Origin: the human T2T-CHM13v2.0 reference genome, Homo sapiens
Assembly (NCBI RefSeq): GCF_009914755.1
Contig: NC_060926.1
Strand: one strand, 5' to 3'
DNA length: 64,000 nucleotides
A program made the translations under genes and the position numbers. Position 1 is the stretch's first letter, and each line of letters starts with the position of its first letter. Shown here one piece after another: positions 44,006 to 56,891 of the stretch. The notes beneath the pieces are model-generated. The model was not told the DNA's origin. It saw nothing but the letters and a program-made list of their open reading frames with translations, and did no database searches.

Positions 44006-45175
44006 TAGGGTGTCATCCAGGGCATCACAGATGCTTCAGGTTTATTGGTGGGGACCCCAGGCAAGGGTCAAAATAGGAGGAGAGACAGTTACACCTTGTG
44101 CCTATTTGTTTTATTTTGTTTCTCAGGATCTGGTCCTGGTTACAAGACAAAAAAGAAGGAAGTACTTGGTTTTCTCAGCTGGGCCAGTTTCATCTCAGTC
44201 TAGCAGTAGATTTTATATAAAAACTTAATACAGTGCTTGCTCTAAGAATTTACAGGAGAATTGGTTATAGAAATTTCACAAGAGGAAGCAGTATAATAAA
44301 TTTTCAACAAAATTACAGGCTTTTGCTTTGAATGTCAACTCAATGCCCAATTATACTGAGAGATGTGGAGACTAATGGTTTGCGGATGTTCATTTTGTTT
44401 TGTCAAGTTTTATTTTCAGACAGTTCTTTTCCTTTACAGGTTACGTAATTGCCCAAACCTATATGGAAATAGCTAGATCTTTAAAAACAACAACAAAACC
44501 AAAACGAGAGCAAAAAGCAAACCAGCAAATAAGTGAATACCGTGAGTGCTTTCATGCCCCTCTCAAACTCTGAAATTTCATTCCAATGAATTTCCTTTCA
44601 GCTTCAGAAACTGACAAATGAAGAATTTAATCAAAGACAAGTCCTGCCTGATATGTAAAACACAAATTGAGGGAGTTCTTCAGGAGATTGTTGCAGAGAA
44701 ATAGGTTTAATTTCTTAAGAGGCTTTATAATGATAGCTTGTGTCTCCACATCAACTAGTAAAAGAACAACAAAAACTCAGAGGAATTCTAGTAAAACCCA
44801 CACATAAAAACACTAATGAGACAGTTAAATTACCCATTGGAAGAGTAGAAAAGCAAATTGAGAGGTTTTTAGTCAGAGGAATGTTCATGTTGCCCAAGTA
44901 AACAAAGACTAGTGAGCGAATAAAAGGAAGAAAAAGAACTTCTCATTCTCCTGGGAACTATTCTGTAAGGAATTCTTGGAAATGAGCAGCTACAGAAACC
45001 TGCAGGTAAAATGAGGCTATATGCCTGCAAGAAAACACGCGGAACCTAGGAGAGGAGAGAGCCATTGCACCCCATTCCAGGGAGTCAGGCCCAGACTCAG
45101 GAGGAGCAAGGACAGTGACTGGGTAGGTGTCAAAGTCTTCAGGATTCCACTCAAGGAAAACCATATATCTTGTAG

Positions 45176-45566
<391 letters not shown>

Positions 45567-45760
45567 TAGAGCCTTTAAAAGGTTTTTCATTTTTAGAAAA
45601 AACATCATTTTTTGAGATTATAAAAATGATATATGTGAATATTAAAACTTCAGAAAATATAGAAAAGCACAAAGAAGAAAGTTAAAACCATCTACAATAC
45701 TACCACCTAGGTATAACAACTACTAATATTGTATACACATCTTCCAGTTTTATGTAGTTA

Positions 45761-46173
<413 letters not shown>

Positions 46174-46311
46174 CACTATGCATGAATTCAAACATTTTTT
46201 TGCACCAAAATAAACTCATACTAACTTGTTATAACGTGTCTGAAGAGGATGTAGTTTGAGGCACTAAGAAGGATAAGACATCAATTTGAAAAGAGCCCCT
46301 AGCAGAGCAAC

Positions 46312-47324
46312 ATGTATTCTCCTAAAACTGAAGCAAGAACAAACATCAAATTTATGGTGAAGCTGGGCTGGAAGAATGGTGAAATCACTAATGCTTTATG
46401 AAAAGCTCATGGGGACAATACCCCCCCAACCAAAATCAGCAGTTTACAAGTGATCATTTTGAGAAGAGATGAGATCATATTGAAGATGAAGCCTGCAGCA
46501 GCAGACCATCCACATCAATTTATGACAAAAAAATTGATTTTGTTCATGCCTTAAATCAAGAAAACCAAAGATTAACAGCAGAAACAGCAGCCAACACCAT
46601 AGACATCTCAATTGGTTCAGTTTACACAACTGACTGGAAAATTAAACTTGAGCACAGTTTCCACTTGATGGGTGCCAAAATTATCGTACCTAGATTAGCT
46701 GCAGACAAGTGCAGAGCTTTCAGTGAAAATTTTAAAGAGGTGGGATCAAGATTCTTAAGCATTTCTTCAAAGAATTCAACAGGAGATGGAATATGGCTTT
46801 ACCAGTATGATCCTGAAGACAAAGCACAATCACAGCAGTGGCTACCAAGAGGTGGAAGTGGTCCAGGCAAAGCAAATGAAATTGGTCAAAAGCAAAGGTC
46901 ATGGCAACAATTTTGGAGGATGCTCAAGGCATTTTGCTTATTGATGTTCTATAGGGCCAAAGAGCAATAACACCTGCTTATTATAAGAGTGTTTTGAGAA
47001 AATTAGCCAAAGCTTTAGCAGAAAAATGCACAAGAAAGCTACACCAGAGAGTCCTTCTCCACCACAACAATGTTCCTGCTCATTCCTCTCATCAAACAAG
47101 GGCAATTTTGTGAGAGTTTAGATGGGAAATCATTAGGCATCCACCTTACAGTCCTAATTTGGCTTCTTCTGTATTCTTTTTTGTTTCCTAATCTTTAAAA
47201 ATCTGTTAAAAAGCCCATTTTTCTTCAGTCAATAATGTAAAAAAACTCCACTGATATGGTTAAATTCCCAAGACCCTCAGTTCTTTAGGGATGGACTAAA
47301 TGGCTGGTATCATCACTTACAAAA
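46312..47324 (+). pseudogene. Hsmar2 transposase, disrupted
   Basis: MYSPKTEARTNIKFMVKLGWKNGEIT; TGDGIWLYQYDPEDKAQSQQWLPRGGSGP; HHNNVPAH (47060-83); YSPNLASSV (47147-73). Contains stops and frameshifts, and two catalytic Asp positions are substituted. Confidence 0.88.
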
Positions 47325-47329
47325 GAAAG

Positions 47330-47498
47330 AAGAAATTAGCCAGTAGTGGTGGCACGTGCCTGTACTCCCAGCTACTCGGGAGTCTGATGTGGGAGGATCT
47401 CTTGAGCCCAGGAGGTGGAGGCTGCAGTGGATTGCATCACTGCACCCCAGCCTGGGTGACAGTGAGAACTTGTCTCAAAAAAATAATAATAAAAATAA
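47330..47498 (+). mobile_element. AluJ right arm only
   Basis: Starts at the A-rich linker aaattagcc; gaggatctcttgagcccaggagg is a J-type diagnostic. Confidence 0.85.
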
Positions 47499-48344
47499 AG
47501 GTAATTCAGGCAGATTGAAAATGAAAATGAAAGGAGAACATCAGAGCAATGCAAACAAAAAGAAAGCAAAGGTCCCAAACTTAATATCAGAAAAGGTATA
47601 ATTTGGGACCAAAAGCTATAAACAAGACACAGAAGGGTTCTTTGTGTGTATTAAAAGTGCATAAGAAAATTGTAGTAAGTATGAATATCTATGAAGCAAG
47701 CAACTTGGTAGCAACTTTCATAAATCAGAAACTTCAGGAATTTAAGGAGATAAAGGCAGAAATACATAAATAAGAAGAAACTTTAATTCATTTCTCTCAG
47801 GCAATGACTAAATAAGTGGATAAAACAATAAATATTAATATCAAAATCTGTATCCTGGAAGCAGAGAATATTTCTACTTTTCAAGAATCTAAATAATATT
47901 TTTCATAAAATTTAATTAGATCATAAAGAAAAACTGTGTTCCAAAGGTAGAAATGGTATAATCACTGACCAGAAATTAATAACAATACCAGAAAACTAAA
48001 AGCCCTACTAGCTGGAAATCTACACACTGTGTCTTAACTATTGCAACAAAGAGAAACTCCAAAATGAATGTTAGAATACTTTGAAAATAATAGGAATATA
48101 AATACTCATGTCAGAATCTGTGTGATGGACTAAAGCAATATTTGGGAAAAATGCAGAGATTTCAATACTTGTATTAAGGGAAAAAAATGAAAACAAGTTC
48201 ATTAAACATTCAACATAAGACTTTAGAAAAGGAGCAGTGAAATAAAACAAAGGAAAGCAGAATAAAACAATCAATACAGATGAATGTAGAAAGTAATCAA
48301 TTAAGGAACAAATGAATAATAGAACTAATAAAGAAATACAAATA

Positions 48345-48640
48345 GGACAGGCGCTGTGGCTCACACCTGTAATCACAGCACTTTGGGAGGCCGAGGCGGG
48401 CAGATCACCTGAGATCAGGAGTTTGAGACCAGCCTGACCAATATGATGAAACCCCGTCACTACTAAAAATACAAAAATTAGCGGGGCATGGTGGCATGTG
48501 CCTGTAATCCCAGCTACTCAGGAGGCTGAGACAGGAGAATCGCTTGAACCTGGGAGGCAGAGGCTGCAGTGAGATTACGCCATTGCACTCCAGCCTGGGC
48601 AACAAGAGCAAAACTCATCTCAAAAAAAAAAAGAGAGAGA
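48345..48640 (+). mobile_element. AluS (Sp/Sq-like)
   Basis: TSD aaagaaatacaaat. Confidence 0.93.
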
Positions 48641-50216
48641 AAAGAAATACAAATGCTACTTATTTGAAAAAATACATAAACCCATAACAAATGCATTAAG
48701 AAAATAGGAGTAAGCATAAATACACAAAATAAGAAATAATGAGGAAGAAGACATTATATTTACAGAGAAAATTAAAGGAATCATGAAACGTAACTTTGCT
48801 CAATTTCAATTGTTTAAAAATTCAGATAAAATAGATAAGTTTCTAGGTAAATATAATTTACCAACACAGACTCAGGTATAGATAAAATAAATAAACATAT
48901 TAATTAAATAGAACAAAATAGAAAGCCATTTCATAAAGCTTCCCTGCAGTCTCTTCCCCCCAATAAAAGCACACACACAAAGGACCAAATGGTTTTGTGG
49001 GGATTTCTGACAAATCTTCAAAGAGCAAATAATTCTGTAGCACAGGAAAAAGAGAAAAATTTTAATGTTTTCTTTATGAAGCAATAATTAATACCAAAAT
49101 TCAACAAAAATTTCAAATAAAAAGTTGTACAGGCAAATCTCTCTTATGATTATCAATGCAAAATACTCTAAATAAAATATTAGCAGACTGAAGCACCCCA
49201 TTAAAAGAAAACTACATACTGGCCAATTAAGATTTTTCCAGTAATGTAAGAATTTTCAGTATTAGGAAAGCTATTTATATTAATTCAGTACACAAATAGA
49301 TCTAAGCAGGAGAAAAATGATATAAACACCTTCAGATTTTCTGAAAATGCATGTGAATCAGTTTCAAAGTCCATTTGTGATTTTAAAGAATCTCAATCAA
49401 CTAAAAATAGCTGAATCTCTACTTGCTGAAATACTTCTTCTATCAGTAGACCAGTGAAGAAATACTAAAATCATCATTAAATTTAGAAACAAAACAAATG
49501 TTTTCATTATCATCATTATTATCTAACTTTTTTTGTAGGTATTAGACAATAAAATTAGAGATTCAAAATAAACTATATGTATAAAAACTATGTAGTAAAA
49601 GATAAAACTAAATGCAGATTATATAAATTATGCCTAGAAAACACAAGCTAATCAACAGAAAATTAGCTACAAAAATAAGAGGATTGAGTGAAGTATCAGA
49701 CATAAAACTAATATACAGAAATTAACAATCTTTGGATAACAAATAAGAGCTAGGCATAAAATACAATGGAAGTAAAGATGCCATTTATAATTTTGACTTA
49801 AATTCAAAATAATTAGTAATAAAATTAAAAATAAATGTATAAAATCTCTATGACTAGAACTTGAACATTAAGTAAAACAAGTAAAATTTTGAAATAATAA
49901 TAAAGTATAACTTGTTCTTTGATAGAAATTGAACATCATAAAGATACCAATTTTCCTCTAATTAATAAATTTAATGTGATTACAATATAATTTGAGGGAG
50001 AGAAAATAAAGAATAAATGAATTTTATGAAGTTCAACTGGAAAAATGAACAAGCAAAAATATCCAAGAAAAGTCTGGGAGAAAAAAAACCAACAACACAA
50101 AGAATAGTGAGGAGCAACTAGCTCTATGAGACACATAAAGACAAAAATTATAATAATGGAAACATTATGTGATGTATGGACAGTTGAATCAAAGTGATAG
50201 AAATTCAGAAACAGAA

Positions 50217-50605
<389 letters not shown>

Positions 50606-50736
50606 TCATTTAAACAACTGGTAAGCCAACTAAAAAAAAATTAGGCCTAGATTCATACCTCTTACCTTACACTAGGATACATTCAAAATCCGTCAAAGAT
50701 TTAAATATAAAAATAGAAAGAAGAAGCAGCAGCTAT

Positions 50737-51032
50737 GACCAGGCACAGTGGCTCTAACCTGTAATCTCAGCAATTTGGAAGGCTGAAGCAGGAGCATCAC
50801 TTGAGCCCAGGAAGTCAAGATCAGCCTGGGCAACATAGCAAGAATCTATCTGTACAAAAAAATAGAAAAATTTAGCTAGGTGTGGTGGCAAGCCTATAGT
50901 CCCAGCTACGGGGGAGGTCAAGGCCACAGGATCAGCAGGAGGTCCAGGTGCTGTGATCATGCCACTGCCCTCTAGCCTGGGCGACACAGCAAGACCCTGT
51001 TTCAAAAACAGAAAAAGACAAAAACAAAAAAA
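50737..51032 (+). mobile_element. AluJ, diverged
   Basis: cacttgagcccaggaag..cagcctgggcaacatagcaaga; gtgatcatgccactgc. Confidence 0.85.
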
Positions 51033-51171
51033 ACCTTGGAAGAGTAGGCAAAAGAGCTAATTTTCCTAACAAATAAAAAGCTCACAAATCAATTTTTTAA
51101 AAGACACAATAGGCTGTAAAGAGACTTTGCAGGAAAAAAAATTTAAGTAACTCACACGAAAAGATATTCAG

Positions 51172-51308
51172 AGCTGAGTGCGGTGGCTCACACCTGTAAT
51201 CCCAGAGAAGGCGGCTAAGGCAGGACTGCAAGAGGCTGAGGCCAGGAGTTCCTGACCAGCCCAGGTCACATAGTGAGACCATCTATAAGTTAATTAATTA
51301 ATTAATTA
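51172..51308 (+). mobile_element. FLAM-like monomer with (TTAA)n tail
   Basis: gcggtggctcacacctgtaatcccag...cacatagtgagacc then ttaattaattaattaattaa. Confidence 0.7.
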
Positions 51309-51340
51309 AGCAGTTCAACCTCACTCATAATAAGACATGA

Positions 51341-51702
<362 letters not shown>

Positions 51703-52566
51703 TTACTAGTTTTTTGACCATGCATAAGTTACTTAACTTTGGTGTGCTTCAGTTTTCATATCAATAAACTGAGGACAGTAAGTAGTAGAAGCTGTCTCTT
51801 CGGGTAGTTCTGAAGATTAAATGAGTTGATATTTGTTGGTATTTGTAAAATGCTTCTGACAGTTCTAGCATATGCTAAGAATAGAATACTAAGAATACTA
51901 AGCCATATAATGTTATAGAAATGAAATAAATAAGTGCAAATTAAAATTGTACTGATTTGTCATTGTTTTACCTATCAGATATGCAAAAGTGAAACCATTT
52001 CATCGTGTGTTGTGTTGGTGAAGGTCCAAGGAAACGAGCATTCTTCTACATTGCTAGACTGCATGGAAGGCAATTTAGCCATAGGCATCAAACTCAAAAT
52101 TACAGGTATACATACCTGGTGGATTGTCAGTTTCACTTCTAGGAATTTATTCTACATATAGGCCCTCATAGGGCTGAAATAAGGCAAGCGCAATGGTATT
52201 TATTACAGCAATGTAAGAGCAAGTGATTAGAAACAACCTAAATATTTACCAATAGGGAATGGGTTAAATTGTTATACATCCACATACAATGCAGCCCTTA
52301 AAAATTATTTTAAAATGAAGAACATTCCTTAAAAAATTGACATGACTGAAAACCAAAGTATTTTAAATGAAAAGAACAAGAATCAGAACAATATGTATAG
52401 TCTGCTACTATTTGTGTAAAAAGGAGGAAAATAATATCTTTGCGTGTTTTCTTAAATATCGTAGAATATTTCTAGAAAAATACAAAAGAAAGTGATGACA
52501 CCACTTACTGCTGGGGGAGGCAACTTTGTGCCTGGGGCACATGAGTAGGAAGGAGACAATTCACTG

Positions 52567-52984
52567 TGTAACAGGAGCAGATGCTGTGGTGAGCCATCAC
52601 CTGCTTCAGATCAGAGGCACTCATTTCCCCACCTGCCACAAGTGTCAGGTTCTCAGCTGAGTCCCTCCCTGGGAATTGCCCTCAGCTGGCCAGGGCAGCC
52701 TGCCCTAATGAAGATGATGGGGAGAAGGAGCTATAAAGGCTGGCCCCCTTGCCTCGGGACAGGACAAATCTGAAGTACTATCTCGGCTGTAGGACTCCTC
52801 ACAGGTCACAGGTTGTGCTATCAACTGAAGCCTTTGTTTTTCATTGCATCACAGTTCAGCTTTTCCTTCTGCCCAGCTCAATTTCCTTCACACCCCCTCT
52901 GATGGAGATACCCAGGGCTCTCCCCAGTAAACTTCCTACATGCAAACCTCCATTCTGTTTCCCTCCAGAACCAAACCTAAGACA
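52567..52984 (+). mobile_element. LTR16C-like ERVL solo LTR
   Basis: tgtaacaggagcagatgctgt...ctcagctgagtccctccctgggaattgccctcagctg...taaacttcctacatgcaaac...aacctaagaca. Confidence 0.7.
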
Positions 52985-53221
52985 ATGCTCTTTTGAACCT
53001 TTTGAATTTTGAATCTTTTTTTTGAACATTTATATAAATGAATAAATAAATTTACATTAAAATTCTTTTAAGTCTTTTCCCTTTATGTTACTGACATTAA
53101 TGCTTTTCCTTTTCAATGTGACAATACAGTTTCCTTTCAAAATTTGTCTTCTAATTTTATGAATGGGTTATCACGTTTGGGTTATCACGTTTGGATTTTC
53201 TTATTTTGGGGCAGCATAACT

Positions 53222-54718
53222 TTCAATCAGCAAAATTTGTTAGCACTGAATATGTTCAAGAGCTGTGCTGGGTATCCTAGAGTGTACAAGGAGGTAGAAA
53301 ATGGACCACTGGCCTCAGGGTGGTAAAATACAGATAAAATACTGACTTGTCAAGATTATTGTTAAAATAAGGTGACTTTAAAGTACCTAATATAGGGCCC
53401 AGATTGTAACAACTGCTCCTGTTTAAAAATATAGTTGGGGAAGAAATACATATCACCTGAAAATACAGGCAGGAAATGCTAAGCACTAAATTGATAGCAT
53501 CGACAATCATTACTACAGAATTCAGAGGAAGGAGATCATTTCTAGGGGAATGTGGCCATAACATATTGATTGAAGAAATAAGAACTAAAGCTAGATCCTG
53601 AAAGGTAAGTCATCTGTGGAAAGGAGTTGGAGTATCATTCCAGATAGGGAGAGCAATGGGGTGGATGCAGAAGTGAGCTGAAAATGTTTGGATATAAGCA
53701 AGGGCCCGCCTGGAGTGGAGGACATAGAGCTGGAAAGATAAATTGTGGTCAGATTAGAGAGGGCATTAAATGCCAGGCTAATGAGTTTGGGTTTTGCTCA
53801 TAGGAAGCTTCTTTAGATTTATGGAAAGGATAATAGCATGATGGAAATAGTGTTTCAGATTGATGACGTTTTGGCAGCCAGCCACATAGCCTGGGGTCAG
53901 CATGAGAGGCAAGAAGGTCAGAGACTGGCTTAGGCTGTAGGCCAAGCATTAGCTAATAAGGGGACCTACTAGTGTGCTAGCAGTGAAAAGAGAATAAATA
54001 GGGGAGACTGATATGAGAAACAGAAAAGAAAGAACTGAAAAACACATAATTTTGATTAGATAGTGCTGACATGATGATGATGGGGGAGTCTTCAGAGATG
54101 AAGTACACATTTGAAGGCCTGGGTGGCTGGACAAGTCATACCACCACTGAACAAAAGCAAAGATGGAGGGCAGAGGAGAACAACATCTTAGCACTTTGGG
54201 GGAAATGTGAGTCAACTGTATTAATTCATACTAAATTTGAAGTGCAGGTGAGATAATCTAGTGGAAAAGTTCATTGTGCACTTGTAAATTCTAGCCTAGC
54301 ACCACAAGGGACAACAGGGTTGGGGCTATAGAACCGAGATTCATTAGCAGATGACACCACTGGAGGTATGAGGTGAGCCAAGAGACTTCGTGTTGAGAGT
54401 GGCAATGTTTCAATGACGAACACTTGGATCATGATCATATTTATTTGAAGGAAATAGAGCTAGTGAAGAAGACAGAAACAGAAAGGTCAGAGACAGTGGA
54501 TAAGAACTATTAAGAGTATGGTAGTATGAGAGCCAAATGAGTGGAGAGGGTCAGAAAGAAGGTAGGGACAGAAGATCCACATACCAGATACTGCAGAAAG
54601 GTCAAGGAGAATGAGAAATTGACAATGTCAACGGATTCAGCTCTTAGGAGATCAGTGCATTTTCTGCATATGGGTTCAGAATACCAGGAAGGCTGATTGC
54701 AGAATGGGATAGAGAAGC
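53222..54718 (-). mobile_element. L2 fossil
   Basis: gcattaaatgccaggctaatgagtttgg, aaatttgaagtgcaggtgagataatctagtgga, ctgcagaaaggtcaagg are L2 antisense hallmarks. Confidence 0.7.
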
Positions 54719-54721
54719 AGT

Positions 54722-55560
54722 ACAAGATAGTGGCGTAAGCAGCGGGCCCTGAGATCAGACTGTGTCTTGGCCCATCTTCTGTTGCTTATAACAGAATACC
54801 TGAAACTGGGTAATCTATAGAGAAAAGAAATGTATTTCTTACAGTTACGGAGGCTATGGTGTTCAAGGTCAAGGGGGCACATCTGATGAGAGCCTTCTTG
54901 CTGATGGGGACCCTCTGCAGAGTCCCAGGGCAGCACAGAGCATCACATGGCAACGGGGCCAAGCATGCTAGTTCAGGTATCTCTTCTCCACCTTTGGTGT
55001 TTTTTTTTTTTAAAGAAATGGGGGTCTTGCTATGTTGCCCAGGCCGGCCTCAATATCCTGGGCTCAAGGGATCCTCCCACCTCACCATCCCAAGTAGCTG
55101 GACTACAGGCAGATATCACCATACCTGGTTCTCCTCCTATGCTTATAAACGCACCCCAGTAGTTCCCCGCTTATGATAACCCATTAATCCGTGAATGGAT
55201 TAGTCCATCCATGAAGACACAGTCCTTAAGACCCAATCACCTCCTTAAAAGCCCCACCTCTCAATACTGCCACATTGGGGATTAAATTTCAACATAAGTT
55301 TTGGAGGGGACAAATATTTAAACCACAGTAGACTGCCTGGGTTTCAATCCTATCTTTGCTACAAGTGTGCTTTGTGATTTGTGCAAGCTGCTTAACTCTT
55401 TTATGCCTTCATTTCTTCATTTTTAAAATGGGGATGGCAATGGTAATAATAGTACCGACCTTATAGAGATTTTGTGAGGCTAAAGGACAATGCATGCAAA
55501 TTGCTTAACAGTGTAGGCACAGAGTAGGTGCTCCATATTATCAGTTCTTGTGGTTAGTAT
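54722..55560 (+). mobile_element. MIR split by an MST LTR
   Basis: agatagtggcgtaagc...gagatcagac|tgcctgggtttcaatcc...aaaatggggatg...ggcacagagtaggtgctc. Confidence 0.75.
54763..55330 (-). mobile_element. MST (C/D-type) MaLR solo LTR containing a FLAM (54999-55128, minus)
   Basis: 5-bp TSD gactg at 54758-62 and 55331-35; acagaatacctgaaactgggtaat...ccacctctcaatactgccacattgggg. Confidence 0.85.
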
Positions 55561-55808
55561 TACTTTTATTATAAGTGAATGCTTCATGGCTTTTGGCCAA
55601 GGATCTTGATAGGAAAAAGCAGAGGTAAACTAGTGGGATAGTTTGGCCTATCATCCCAGGTGGAGGTTTGTACATAGCTGGAGGCAATTGGGAAGGAGCC
55701 AAGGCAGGAGTAGAAGCTAAAGCCGCCAAGGGGGAGAAGAAATGTAAAGGAGCAAAGTCCCTGAGGGGAGGAAGAGGAGAACAGCAGTTTCAGAACTCAG
55801 GTGACTAG

Positions 55809-56093
55809 GGCCAGGCACTGCGGCTCACGCCTGTAATCCCAGCACTTTGGGAGGCTGAGGCAGGTGGACCGCTTGAGTCCAGGAGTTTGAGACCAACCTG
55901 GCAACGTGTCGAGACCCCATCTCTAACAAAAAATACAAAAATTAGCTGGGCGTGGTAGCATGTGCCTGTAGTCCCAGCTGCTCAGGATGCTGAGCTTGAG
56001 CCCAGGAGGCAAAGCTTGTAGTGAGCCAAGATTATGCCACTGCACTCCAGCCTAGACAACAGAGCCAGACTCTGTCTAGAAAAAAAAAGAAAA
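55809..56093 (+). mobile_element. AluJ with a short right-arm deletion
   Basis: TSD ctcaggtgacta. Confidence 0.9.
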
Positions 56094-56452
56094 CAGGTCT
56101 CAGGTGACTAATCAGTCTGGGAAAGAAGGGTCAGACACCATCTGAGACGAAAAAACAAAAAACAAACAAACAAAAAAAAACGGGAGAAGAGGATTTAGAT
56201 GAAGTTGGAAATTTGAAGAGATCAGAGAGAGGACAAGTCCCAGTAAAAGAAGCAATGAGGCTATTGGCCCAAGCAAGAAGAATTGAGTGGGATGGGGTGT
56301 CTCTGCAAGCATTTGCAAAGATTCACAACAAATTCTATTTTCTTCAAGTTTAAACTGCCTTTTGAGACTTTTACTCCATCATGACTCCAAGTAGAAAGTA
56401 AAGAACAAAGGAGAGTTAAAAAACACAATCAGGAAATATTGTAGAATTAATC

Positions 56453-56468
56453 TAGCGCCACCCAGTAG
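56453..56468 (-). promoter_or_regulatory. Candidate CTCF motif
   Basis: Reverse complement CTACTGGGTGGCGCTA vs CCACYAGGKGGCGCY, 2 mismatches, in unique sequence. Confidence 0.45.
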
Positions 56469-56871
56469 GATTGATAGGGAGCCGCAGTGTAAATCAGCCC
56501 TCAACCCGATAACTCCACTCGCTTCCTGACGGGAGGCAAACTGAAGAGAACATGCCACAGCAGAGGCCAAGACTCCATCAAAGACCTAAGGGAACCACAC
56601 AAATACCTCTCGTGAATGGTGAGCCTATGGCCTGGAAAATCTGATTTCTCAAGATCCTTTTAGATCTATGATATTAGAAAGTTTCTCTTTTCACCTAGAA
56701 TACCATTCAATGCTCAGTGGTCTTCTGGGTTTAACTTCTTTAGGAAACCACAAATCATCGAAAGCAACTTTCCCTCTCAATTAAAAAAAAATCATTTTAA
56801 CCAAAGTTCGCATCAGATTTGAACGAGCCAACTGAATCTGGTGGCTTGGTTCCTTGCTTCCCAAATGGTTT

Positions 56872-56891
56872 TTGGCCAATGGGCGGGGAGC
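56872..56891 (+). promoter_or_regulatory. Adjacent CCAAT box and GC box
   Basis: ttggCCAATGGGCGGGGagc (CCAAT 56876-80, GGGCGGGG 56881-88). Confidence 0.35.

Noticed and set aside
46312-47324. Domesticated transposase gene such as SETMAR
   Set aside because: The element is Hsmar2, not Hsmar1; it has no SET domain, a broken frame and substituted catalytic residues
55579-55605. U2 snRNA 5' fragment (atgcttcatggcttttggccaaggatc)
   Set aside because: Only ~27 nt with several mismatches and indels and no evident TSD; cannot be distinguished from chance
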